A stretch of DNA of 64,000 nucleotides. Source: Chthonomonadales bacterium. GTDB taxonomy: Bacteria > Armatimonadota > Chthonomonadetes > Chthonomonadales > Chthonomonadaceae. A model generated the notes under the pieces. The model did no database searches and was not told the DNA's origin. It worked only from the letters and a program-made list of their open reading frames with translations. Both the position numbers and the translations under genes were made by a program. The stretch spans positions 1 to 64,000 of the forward strand of contig JBBQPO010000002.1 in NCBI GenBank assembly GCA_038217285.1, given 5' to 3'. Positions 38,376 to 47,552 of the stretch are shown one piece after another; positions within the stretch are counted from its first letter, which is position 1; every line of letters begins with the position of its first letter.

Positions 38376-41300
38376 TTAAGGGCGGAGGTCGCCGTGTTCA
38401 TCTGTCGCAAGTGCCAACGCAAACGATACCGCGTCATCCAGGGACATGTGAATGCCGCGGTGCCACGCACCTGCGAAATCTTCGGCAGTCAGCTGGCTGT
38501 GCGCTTGGTCACGAGCGGCTTTGTGCCCGGCGCGCTCGGTGAACGGCTGGTTCAGTTTGTACTGTCGATAGGTCTGTTCCGCACTGGCGAGTAACACGGT
38601 TGCTTGGGGTACTCGGTTCAGCGCAAGTTCCAACTGGGCTCCGCGGGTGAATCCCCAGGCAAGGGCGAGCACCTGTCCTAATTCCCAAAATATTCGCATA
38701 CTTTCTCTGAAGTAGGTTCGCGCCTCGGCGAAATTCTGCTCGGCTATGGCGATGGGGATGAGATTATTCTTCGTCCAGGCGATATCTGTCTGGTAACCTA
38801 TCTTCTGTCGAATCGCGAGGCTATCGTTGTAGTAGCGGCGTGATGCACGCAGGTCGCTGCGGAGCATTTCGATATAGCCTAAGCTATTGTAGAGGCTTGC
38901 GATCTCATCTCTGTGGTCCGCTTCGCCCAGTTCCCTCCAGCGCTGGAGACTCTGTTCCGCGTACTGAAGGCCGAGTGCAATATCACCACGATCACAGGCG
39001 ACCCAGGCAAGGATATCTAACGTACGGGCTGTCTCGGGTCCATTACCGCTGCTATGATAAAAGCTCAGACAGGTTTCTAGGAGGCCTTGCGCTTTCTCGG
39101 TATTGCCTTGCACACGATGAACTTCGCCAAGGCGCTCCCACAGGCGTAGTGTTTGATCAACGTTGTCACTTTCAATGGCTGCCGCTTCTTCGTAGTAGGA
39201 AAGCGTTGCACTATAGTTCGAGTGCAAGCGCTCCAGAGCGCCAGCTCCACAGAGAAGGCTTCGCCGCGTCGCGTCTGAGAGTTCTCTACGATGTGGCAAG
39301 ACGCGCTCTATCCAGCGACGCCATTCCTCCCAATGGTTGCAGTGATTCCAGTAGTCAAACAGGGTAATACCGAACTGCACCTCTGCTTCGCGATCTGCGG
39401 TGCTCTGCGCAAGGTGCAACATGACACACATGATGTTCTCATGTTCCGCGTCGATCTGCCGCCGCCCGGTCGGCGAAGGGCTTCCCGACGCCACTCGCGA
39501 CCGCACGAAGTCCTGGTAGTACGCTGCATGACGTGTGGCGACGACGGCAGCTAAATCACCTGATTGGGGCGCCAGGCAGTCATCGGCAAATAGGCGTAAC
39601 GCTTCTTTCATTGCATAACGCGATTGGCCTTCTTGCATGATAAGTGAACACTGGATCAGATCACTAGTCTTCGCCAGTGCTTCTGTCGGAGAACTATCCC
39701 AAATAGCTGCGGCGGCTTCGAGCGTCCACCCGCCACAGAAGTACGCAAGGGCCAAGAAGCAGGGTTTGAGTTCATGCGATAGAAGATCGAAGTTCCATTG
39801 AAAAGCAGTACGCAGACTCAAGTGACGACGATCTCTCACATGATTCTGTATAGTCAGCGATTCCAGGGATTCAGTCTGTTTCAGCATGTCTTCTGGAGTT
39901 AACACACTGATTTTCATTGCGGCCATCTCAAGAGCAAGCGGTAAGCCACTTAAACTGCAGATCACCCGAGCGATAAGAACAACGTTTTCAGGAGTTATTC
40001 TAAACGCAGCCTGTCGCGCTTGCGCACGAACCTCAAATAAGCTCACGCTCTCATACTGCATGATCTGCTCGTACGTATCTCCCGCTTTTGGGGTAGCCAT
40101 CGGATTAATCGGGATCAATGTTTCCTGGGCGATTTGCATTGAGCGCTGTGAAGTAACAATGCAAAATAGTGCAGGGCAATGTTCGAGCAATTCTACGATT
40201 ATCGTGTTGCAGGATGGAGTAAGGTGCTCAAGATTATCAAGGACGAGCAGCCACAATCCGGTGCGTAACTTATAGGCTACTTGGAGGAAGAGATCGCCAC
40301 CCTGCTCGATGCCGAGAGCAGTAGCTATACGGAGAAGCAGTTGCTCTGGCTCGGTAACGTCTGCTAGTGAAATGAATCGGGTGATAATGCTGGCCTCAGC
40401 CTTCAGCCTCTGAATGAATTCCTTCGCAATTCGGGTTTTCCCAGAGCCTGCCATTCCGAACAGCGTAAGTAAGCGTGGACGGCGATTTGCCGGACCCATC
40501 CATTCCTTGCGCGAGTGAAAGTGTCGCTCAAAGGTAGTAGTAAGTGTTCCGAGTTCAGTAGCACGGCCGATAAAGGGGGTAAGGTCGTCTCCGAGAAGGT
40601 TCGTTTGTGGAATACGCGGTACGGTAAGTTCTGTGAGAGAGTGGGAAGCAAGGTGTGCATCTGCGCGGAGAAGGTCGTCGTGGGGGGTTTTATGCCTATG
40701 CGCTTGGGCTGGTGGCAAATATAGACTGTCTGTAGAAGTGAATGGTTGGCCGCCCGTTAAAATGAGACGGTTTAATTCCTCGTAGTGAACCTCAAAGGTA
40801 TCGTCATAGAGAAGATCGTCTTCAAGCGTAACCTTAAATATTTTCAAGCGCTCAAAGTAATATTTCGCTTCATCGTAGTGCCGCAGGGCGATGTTTACCT
40901 TTACAAACTCATAGAGCGCGCCGTAATACAGGCTTCTATGCATATTCCGAAGGGCCAGAAAGTGGCGGCTCGTTGTGGTGTCACTGTCGAACTCGTAGCC
41001 ACTACCAAAATCACCGCCATACAGACTTATAGCTTCCTGCAACACATCGGCCGCTTGCAACTCATTAGCCGCATGAACCCGGTTTGTACACAGGTCCTTA
41101 AACTGCTGCGCATCCACGACGATGTGATCGAGCGCAAGGCCGACTGTTCCTGAAGTCGTAGTCTGAATTACGTCCTCTACCGTGCCAGCCTTAGCCTCAA
41201 AAATGCGTCGCACACGCCGTAATTGCTCTCTGAGGTTGTCTAGCTGTGTCTTCCCCTCTTGATTTGGCCACAGGAGCTCTCCCAAAACGCCCCTCGTCAG

Positions 41301-41444
41301 TGGTAGGCCGTCGTTGGCAGCGATACCCGCCAGGTAGATGAGTAGCTCGCCCGTCTTCGGTGCGATTTTAGTTGGCTCATCCCCGACACGTTGTACTACA
41401 AGGGAACCCAAGAGACGAATTGTCCAGCGTCGTCCTTCTTCCAT
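38376..41444 (-). CDS. AfsR-like regulator: wHTH/BTAD - NB-ARC-type ATPase - TPR
   Basis: IRLLGSL, PFIGRATEL, GMAGSGKTR, LLVLDNLEH, GLPLALEMAA, C-terminal TPRs. Confidence 0.9.
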   Translation of the reverse strand: MEEGRRWTIRLLGSLVVQRVGDEPTKIAPKTGELLIYLAGIAANDGLPLTRGVLGELLWPNQEGKTQLDNLREQLRRVRRIFEAKAGTVEDVIQTTTSGTVGLALDHIVVDAQQFKDLCTNRVHAANELQAADVLQEAISLYGGDFGSGYEFDSDTTTSRHFLALRNMHRSLYYGALYEFVKVNIALRHYDEAKYYFERLKIFKVTLEDDLLYDDTFEVHYEELNRLILTGGQPFTSTDSLYLPPAQAHRHKTPHDDLLRADAHLASHSLTELTVPRIPQTNLLGDDLTPFIGRATELGTLTTTFERHFHSRKEWMGPANRRPRLLTLFGMAGSGKTRIAKEFIQRLKAEASIITRFISLADVTEPEQLLLRIATALGIEQGGDLFLQVAYKLRTGLWLLVLDNLEHLTPSCNTIIVELLEHCPALFCIVTSQRSMQIAQETLIPINPMATPKAGDTYEQIMQYESVSLFEVRAQARQAAFRITPENVVLIARVICSLSGLPLALEMAAMKISVLTPEDMLKQTESLESLTIQNHVRDRRHLSLRTAFQWNFDLLSHELKPCFLALAYFCGGWTLEAAAAIWDSSPTEALAKTSDLIQCSLIMQEGQSRYAMKEALRLFADDCLAPQSGDLAAVVATRHAAYYQDFVRSRVASGSPSPTGRRQIDAEHENIMCVMLHLAQSTADREAEVQFGITLFDYWNHCNHWEEWRRWIERVLPHRRELSDATRRSLLCGAGALERLHSNYSATLSYYEEAAAIESDNVDQTLRLWERLGEVHRVQGNTEKAQGLLETCLSFYHSSGNGPETARTLDILAWVACDRGDIALGLQYAEQSLQRWRELGEADHRDEIASLYNSLGYIEMLRSDLRASRRYYNDSLAIRQKIGYQTDIAWTKNNLIPIAIAEQNFAEARTYFRESMRIFWELGQVLALAWGFTRGAQLELALNRVPQATVLLASAEQTYRQYKLNQPFTERAGHKAARDQAHSQLTAEDFAGAWHRGIHMSLDDAVSFALALATDEHGDLRP

Positions 41445-41488
41445 CTCACCTCCTCCAGATATACGCCGCTTCAATATCTTACGTGCCT

Positions 41489-41530
41489 CTACGACGTGTT
41501 TACGCCGTGTGGACGCCCTTACATTACCCT
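41489..41530 (+). promoter_or_regulatory. 11-bp direct repeats upstream of the GGDEF-HORMA cluster
   Basis: CTACGACGTGT / TTACGCCGTGT / GGACGCCCTTA, then a possible -10 box TACCCT. Confidence 0.5.
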
Positions 41531-41792
41531 ATAGGCAACATACTCGGTTCCCCGCTGCATACCAGGAAGAACCGCAAAGACTGACATCTTTGCGGCCCGG
41601 AATAGTAGCGCACCAAGGAGAACGGCGCCACTATAGATGCACCTGACGAGAGTTCTGACCCTCTCGGCCATGTGCGCCCTGACACTACGCCGTTCGTTCG
41701 CTCTCGTCAAGCACTTCCTTGGGGCTCTCCTACCTCTTCGTGGTCTCCATCACCCGTGATGGGTGCAGTGTCCGCCGACCAAGGAGACCCCG

Positions 41793-42674
41793 ATGCACTC
41801 ACACCCGCTCGAGATGACGCTCACGGCGCTTGCCCAGCGCCTGACCGATGCTGCTGACCTCGTCATTGTGCAGAGCCACGTTGCCCAGGGCAACTACCAA
41901 TGTGCCGTCGCTGGCTCGGGCCGCGTCGCCCAGATTGTAGATCAGACCCCCGAACAGCTGATCGCCGACCACGTTGCAGCAGCGGGGCAACGCTTCAACC
42001 AGATGTGCTTCCAGCCGCTCGCAGCTTCGGGGCAGGTTCTCGGAACGGTCGAACTGTGCAACTGGTCTACAGAACGGCTGGCGTACCTCGATCTTGCCGC
42101 CTTCGCCGCAGCCGCCGGGATTGCCCTCGCGGCTGCCGCACAGGCCACCCAATTCCAGCGTCTCGCCTGGATTGATCCGCACACCGGTGCCTATACCCTT
42201 ACCTGGTTTACTGAGTTTCTCACGGACAACATCGCTGCCACTGCTAACATGCATCGGCCCATATCGCTCATAGCCTGGGATGTTGATAACCTCAAGATCC
42301 TCAATGAGTGGTTTGGCCATGCGCGTTGTGACCAGCTGCTCACTCTCCTAACCTGCACCCTGCAGCGCCATCTGCCGACGGGCAGTATCGCACGGTTTGC
42401 CGGAGACGAGTTTGTCGTCTGCTTGCCCGGTGTATCCGCCGTAGATGCCCAGGCGCTCGCCTGTCACTTGCAACTGCTCATCGATACTACCCCGTTTCGC
42501 ATCGCCATTCCCGCCGCCTCTCCGAACGCTGAGCAGGACGTATGCCTGGGAATTTCCATCGGGAGTGCCAGTTATCCTCATGACGCTCCTGACGGAGAGG
42601 GCCTCCTCGAGCACGCCATGCTCAGCATGCGAGCCGACAAAGAGCGGCGGCGCGCCGAGGCGGTCCAATCCTAA
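41793..42674 (+). CDS. GGDEF-domain protein (AGDEF variant) with a short GAF-like N-terminus
   Basis: AAGGAG RBS; DPHTG, DVDNLKILNEWFGH..CD, RFAGDEF, SIG.A.YP. Confidence 0.9.
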   Translation: MHSHPLEMTLTALAQRLTDAADLVIVQSHVAQGNYQCAVAGSGRVAQIVDQTPEQLIADHVAAAGQRFNQMCFQPLAASGQVLGTVELCNWSTERLAYLDLAAFAAAAGIALAAAAQATQFQRLAWIDPHTGAYTLTWFTEFLTDNIAATANMHRPISLIAWDVDNLKILNEWFGHARCDQLLTLLTCTLQRHLPTGSIARFAGDEFVVCLPGVSAVDAQALACHLQLLIDTTPFRIAIPAASPNAEQDVCLGISIGSASYPHDAPDGEGLLEHAMLSMRADKERRRAEAVQS

Positions 42675-42817
42675 ACCGATTTTTCTGTCCATCCACTCTC
42701 CCGCAACGAGCTAAGCTCTCTGCACGACTGCCTGGGACACCGTCGGTTTCTCCTCGCTGGGAAATGAGGCGTCCCACGACCTTACATCCATCTGATAGGT
42801 TTTTAGAAAGAGGATCT

Positions 42818-43381
42818 ATGTCTACTATCACCCGGACGGCCACAGAAACCGTCAGCATCACGGCGCAAGACGTGCGCAAAGTCATGTCAAAGTGGTCGCG
42901 CGAATCGCGAAAGATCTGCCAAGCCGCAGCACACGCCTCTCCAGACTTCGACGCCGATACCGCAGAAATGGAGGTAGCAATGCTCGTGCTCCAGGAAGCC
43001 ATCTGCGCGTTTAGCCTCGAATTTTATGTGGAACAGGAATTGGTTCGGGAATACGTATTCCGAATCTGCGACGATGGTACGCTCACTGAGACTGGTCCCT
43101 CGGCCGACAACCCGCCGACCGGCTATATCCCCGAGAAGGCGAGGGTGCGTTTGACCGTTACGCCCAATCCACAGGTCACCAAAGAGCATCGAGACCACTG
43201 GTTTGAGATGCTGGGCTGGGCAGATGCTCGCCTCCTTACAAAACCGGAAGGCCTGCGTACTCAGACCTATGGTTCGTTCGCATCCGGTGGATTTGGCCTG
43301 CAACGCACCCTCCGTGTGAACCCGAAGTTCGACCAACCGGTCGCGCCGACGCAACTGATCCAGAAAGGAAGCCGCTGGTGA
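42818..43381 (+). CDS. Bacterial HORMA-domain protein (Cap7-like)
   Basis: 187 aa; Thr/Ser-rich N-arm (MSTITRTATETVSIT), helix QDVRKVMSKWSRESRKI, C-terminal GSFASGGFGLQRT. The layout matches CBASS HORMA proteins as recalled, and a Pch2/TRIP13 ATPase is in the same operon. Confidence 0.75.
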   Translation: MSTITRTATETVSITAQDVRKVMSKWSRESRKICQAAAHASPDFDADTAEMEVAMLVLQEAICAFSLEFYVEQELVREYVFRICDDGTLTETGPSADNPPTGYIPEKARVRLTVTPNPQVTKEHRDHWFEMLGWADARLLTKPEGLRTQTYGSFASGGFGLQRTLRVNPKFDQPVAPTQLIQKGSRW

Positions 43382-43779
43382 AACACATTTTTCTTATCCT
43401 CAGGAGCCCCGCAGGCGATGAACTAGGACGCCTGCCGCTAACCGCTGTGGTTGTCATGGCGGCTGGTGAACCCGCGCCAACAGGCACATGCCTGCCCCGG
43501 CGTGCCCAGTTCGAGACCCTCATGTGCGATCTCTACACGGTTCTCCAGGTCAACGGTCTCCGTTCTGCGCAGACGCCTGCGGCAGTCGAATTCGCCGCTA
43601 GCCTAGCTCTCCTGCACGAAGGAGACGATGAGGTGACCATTCCCCTCATCGTCGAGCCCTTGACACTACCTCATGCACAACTGGATGCTGGAGCAGCGGG
43701 CACGCCGGAACAAGGTGCCATGCTTCGCTGGGATGATCTGCTGCTCCTCACCGACACCCAGGAGGCCGACCATGCGTAA
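43378..43779 (+). CDS. Hypothetical protein, translationally coupled on both sides
   Basis: GTGA overlap with HORMA; 8-nt overlap with the ATPase start. Confidence 0.65.
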   Translation: MKHIFLILRSPAGDELGRLPLTAVVVMAAGEPAPTGTCLPRRAQFETLMCDLYTVLQVNGLRSAQTPAAVEFAASLALLHEGDDEVTIPLIVEPLTLPHAQLDAGAAGTPEQGAMLRWDDLLLLTDTQEADHA

Positions 43780-44884
43780 CACTCCCTCTCATCCCGCTCC
43801 CGTAACCTGGGTGGTGACGCTGCGACAGGGCACGCCCGATAGCCAGGGGCGGCTCGCTGAACTACTCCGCCCGAATCTGGAACGCACCCTGGCGGCGGCC
43901 CCGGAAACACGCGAGGCAACGTATGAAACTCCGTTTGGCACCCTCTCCCTGCATCGTCAGGGCAGTAGCTCACCCGGAGCACCCATTCGCCTCACCTTCG
44001 CTGCAAACCATATGCCTCGTCCCGAAGCCGGCACAGCGGGACAGGCAGACGGCCTGCCACTCCTTACCCTCCCCGATGCAACCATACAGAACCATGGGGC
44101 CTGCCTTATTGGCTTAGAGGAACTCCATCAAAGCGTCCTCTACCACTTCAACGTGCGCTGGGATGGGGCGCTGGAAGCGTGGAGCCAGCGCACCGGACAG
44201 GCGATCCCTCCTGGCCTCCATAGGTCGGTTACGGGAACACCCGCCCTCTTCATCTTCGCGGGCGACCCCGGAACCGGTAAGTCAGTGTCTGCTGCTACCC
44301 TCGCAGACCGGTACTGTCGGCAGCAGGATATCACGGGACATCTGGTTCGCCTGGGTACCGAACTGCGCGGCGATGGCACCGTTAATTCCGGCGGCAATCG
44401 GCTCCAAGCGAGCTTCGCGCAGTTGGGACGCCTACCCGATGCCGATCTCAAAATGCTGGTTCTTGAAGAAGCCGAAGCGATCGGCATGCGGCGCAGCGAG
44501 GGGCAGAGCCATTTTGAAGATCGGGCACAGACAAGTACCCTGCTGCAATGTCTCGACGCCTATGGCGGCCGGCGGCGCTTTGTGGTGGTGATGACCACAA
44601 ATGTGGCGGATGCACTGGATGCAGCGATTATTCGCCGGGCAGTGCCTGTCACCTTCGCCCGCCCGAACCAGCACGCACGATGCATCCTGCTTGCGGACTG
44701 GTTGCCTGACGTTCCGGCAGAAGCGCTTGATTGGGCGGCTGAGGTAAGCGAGGGCATGACCGGCAGCGACATGGTGCGGACGCTTATGGGACTGTTCACC
44801 ACAGCAGTTCAGACGGCTCAGGCGGTACCGCAGGAGCAGGTTCTGGAAGCACTGTTCAGCGCTCCGCGCACAGGGAGGGTCTGA
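43772..44884 (+). CDS. Pch2/TRIP13-like AAA+ ATPase (Cap6-like) with ~100-aa N-terminal extension
   Basis: GGAGG RBS; LIGLEE..W, GDPGTGKS, LRGDGTV pore loop, LVLEEAEAI..RS...HFEDRA, TTN, LDAAIIRR, FARP. Confidence 0.8.
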   Translation: MRNTPSHPAPVTWVVTLRQGTPDSQGRLAELLRPNLERTLAAAPETREATYETPFGTLSLHRQGSSSPGAPIRLTFAANHMPRPEAGTAGQADGLPLLTLPDATIQNHGACLIGLEELHQSVLYHFNVRWDGALEAWSQRTGQAIPPGLHRSVTGTPALFIFAGDPGTGKSVSAATLADRYCRQQDITGHLVRLGTELRGDGTVNSGGNRLQASFAQLGRLPDADLKMLVLEEAEAIGMRRSEGQSHFEDRAQTSTLLQCLDAYGGRRRFVVVMTTNVADALDAAIIRRAVPVTFARPNQHARCILLADWLPDVPAEALDWAAEVSEGMTGSDMVRTLMGLFTTAVQTAQAVPQEQVLEALFSAPRTGRV

Positions 44885-44885
44885 C

Positions 44886-45503
44886 ATGCCCGGCCAACAC
44901 CTGATCCCATACGATGTGCGTGACGAAGTACCTGAGCGGCCCAGTGGCTTCTTCGGGGCTGGCATGAGCCAGTTCCAGACATGGTGTGAGGAACGCAAGA
45001 ACGATGCCGAAGTACGGCGCCTCCAGAGCCAGATGCGCCTCATCCAAGCGCGACAGGCACTCCTCGATGCGCAGTACCAGGCTGTGCGCTCGCTCCACCA
45101 AGCTGCGGCTGCGGCAGAAGAGGCAGCAGCCGATCACAGTCTGCGCCGCACCCTGCGGGAGGTAGCGCCGGGGGAAGCCCACCGCATCCTGCGTATCGCG
45201 CTGGAGGAAGAAGTCATCCTCCTCCAGAGGGAGCAACTCCGCCGTTATCGGCTGAGCGAAGGCGTGATCACCCTGCCGGAAGGGGGGATGGGAAGCGGTA
45301 CGCCGGGGGGCTTGGAGGTTGACCTGAGCACCCAGGAGATTGAGCGCTTAGCCCTGCGGGCGGTCATGCAGATCCAGACGCTCCCGGCTATGGAACATGA
45401 AGCCGCCTTCTCCCGCTGGACCCAGGAGCTTGCGGGGCAGTTTCCAGCCTTTGCGATCGCTGAGATCACAAAGCGAGCGAGCGAGCTGCGCGCGCTACTG
45501 TAG
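44886..45503 (+). CDS. Hypothetical coiled-coil protein
   Basis: GGAGG RBS, 1 nt after the ATPase stop; long amphipathic helices. Confidence 0.75.
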   Translation: MPGQHLIPYDVRDEVPERPSGFFGAGMSQFQTWCEERKNDAEVRRLQSQMRLIQARQALLDAQYQAVRSLHQAAAAAEEAAADHSLRRTLREVAPGEAHRILRIALEEEVILLQREQLRRYRLSEGVITLPEGGMGSGTPGGLEVDLSTQEIERLALRAVMQIQTLPAMEHEAAFSRWTQELAGQFPAFAIAEITKRASELRALL

Positions 45504-45713
45504 GAGGCGGTAGGCCTGAATGAAGCACTGGCCCGGGTTTTTGGTTGGGTAGCCAAGAGCACGGGCCAGTGTCCTCTCAAACGATCTCGCAACCCTCCTA
45601 TTTTGCCCGCGGTTTTTCGTGTGACTATATCTGGTTTTTCGCCTGGACGTGAGGGCTGTATCCGGCGTTCAGGCGGTCCTTGGTGAACCCCAAGAAAGGT
45701 ACGAAATACGACG

Positions 45714-47552
45714 ATGGATCCGATCCAACTTGGCGTGTACGTGCGCTTCCCGCACAGCGACCATACGCTCGATATTATCGCGGAACCGCCGCAGGTGGCA
45801 GCATACACCACAACGCCGTGGAGTCGCGCATTTTTCTCCCAGCGGTTGGGAATCCCGGCACAAACACCGGCCCGCCCCGATGCATTGATTGCGCAGGTAT
45901 CTGACAGTCAGCTTGCGCGACACAGTCTGTTGGTGGGTGGCTCGGGGTACGGAAAAAGCCGCCTCATTCACCGCAATGTTCTCTGCCACTTACTGGATGG
46001 CTGTTCGGTGCTCCTGCTTGATCCGAAAGGGGAAACCAAGGATAACCTGCTCGCTTGTTTGGTAGAGCTTGGCATACCACCCGAGCGGCTCACCTTACTC
46101 AATCCGCAGCACGCCGACAGCGTTCCTGGATGGAACCCCTTCAAAACGGGCCTTCCGGTTTCCCAGGCCGCAAACGACTTCGTGAACGTGCTCCAGCAGA
46201 CCTCCACGAGCTGGGGACCGCGGCTGCAGGATTTGATTTCGAACAGCGGTATTATCGTCGGGGAGTACGGCCTGTCGATCTTTGAGCTGGCGCGGTTCCT
46301 GGTGCGGGAGGAGTACCGCGAGAGCCTGTTGCAGGTCCCAATCCAGCCACAAAACCCCATTGCCTTCGCCGAGGCCGTGAGCTTCTTCCGGGAGGAAATG
46401 TCCGCGTGGGGCCGTGCGGAGCGGGCGAACGCTATCGGGCCCGTGCTCACCCGTATCCGCGAGTTTCTGCGCTCCGCTTACCTGCGCCCACTCCTCTGTG
46501 CCGAGGAGAACACTTTTGATTTGGCCGAACTCTGGCGAAAACAATGTATCGTTGTGGTACACGTTGATCGCGCCGAACTCGGTGAAGCAGGGGCCCACCT
46601 CTTGGCGGGAACGCTCGCCAACCAGGCGTTTCGAACTGCTTTGCGCATGCCGGGGCGCAACCGGGTGCTGCTCGTTGTCGACGAGTTGGGCCAAATGGAA
46701 GCCATGATGGGCCGTGCCCTGACCGACATCGTGACCGTTGCTCGCTCGCTCAATCTGCGCCTCTTGGTCGCCTGTCAGCACTTAGCCCAACTGTCCCAAG
46801 AGCTTCGGGAGGCGCTGCTGGCGAACTGCACCGTGCAGGGTTTTTTCAAGTTGGGATATGACGATGCCAAACTGGTGGCGGCCTCGCTCTCGGCCGGGGC
46901 ACCTGCAACGATCCAGCGCTTTGTCGCGTCCTTCGACCCGGAGACCCAGACTACGTGGAGTCATCGAATCTGTGGAGGCGAAGGCCTTCCCCTACGGCTT
47001 CCCGAACCGCGCTGGGCGCACTTCGCGCAGGGTGGGCTCACCGGACGATCCGCCGTGCAGCGCCTCTTGGCGCTCGGAAAAACTTCGAAACAGCCACGCC
47101 TCTACGTGCGCGCGGCCGATACGCAACAGCCGGTGGAACTTACCACCTACGTCTCGGGATTGCCCGATTCCGACTATAGTCTCGCTGGCCCGGCCCTTGA
47201 ACTGGTGGTGACGTTTCCTCGGCCCCGCATCGCGAATGTCGAGCGGGTGACCGCAAGCGACGTGGCGAGCACCTGGATCCGTGAACTGCAGAACCTACCG
47301 GTCCAGCATATCGCGCTCCGGCTCGCTGGCACGGAGCCAGGTATTGTCAAGGTTTCCGACGTCACGATTCCCGAGCGCACCCCGGCGCTTGATGCCTACC
47401 TGGCCCGATCCTATGCCGCAAACGGCCAATCGGCGGCAGAGATCGCCCGCGTCTTGGCGGCGCGCACCGCCGCAGTTGAGCGGCTGGCTGCCGGTATCGC
47501 TACCGGTACATCCCCGATACAGGAGGACCACCATGACGGCAGCATCTGGTAA
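45714..47552 (+). CDS. VirD4/TraG-like coupling-protein ATPase without N-terminal TM helices
   Basis: HSLLVGGSGYGKS, LLDPKG, GWNPF, WGPRL, LLVVDE, ARSLNLRLLVACQHLAQL. Confidence 0.85.
   Translation: MDPIQLGVYVRFPHSDHTLDIIAEPPQVAAYTTTPWSRAFFSQRLGIPAQTPARPDALIAQVSDSQLARHSLLVGGSGYGKSRLIHRNVLCHLLDGCSVLLLDPKGETKDNLLACLVELGIPPERLTLLNPQHADSVPGWNPFKTGLPVSQAANDFVNVLQQTSTSWGPRLQDLISNSGIIVGEYGLSIFELARFLVREEYRESLLQVPIQPQNPIAFAEAVSFFREEMSAWGRAERANAIGPVLTRIREFLRSAYLRPLLCAEENTFDLAELWRKQCIVVVHVDRAELGEAGAHLLAGTLANQAFRTALRMPGRNRVLLVVDELGQMEAMMGRALTDIVTVARSLNLRLLVACQHLAQLSQELREALLANCTVQGFFKLGYDDAKLVAASLSAGAPATIQRFVASFDPETQTTWSHRICGGEGLPLRLPEPRWAHFAQGGLTGRSAVQRLLALGKTSKQPRLYVRAADTQQPVELTTYVSGLPDSDYSLAGPALELVVTFPRPRIANVERVTASDVASTWIRELQNLPVQHIALRLAGTEPGIVKVSDVTIPERTPALDAYLARSYAANGQSAAEIARVLAARTAAVERLAAGIATGTSPIQEDHHDGSIW

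Noticed and set aside
42675-42817. Shared palindrome upstream of HORMA
   Set aside because: TAAGCT at 42712 is present but the upstream palindrome is not.
41793-45503. Calling the locus a complete type III CBASS
   Set aside because: No nucleotidyltransferase GS..DxD motif and no recognisable effector in any neighbouring ORF.
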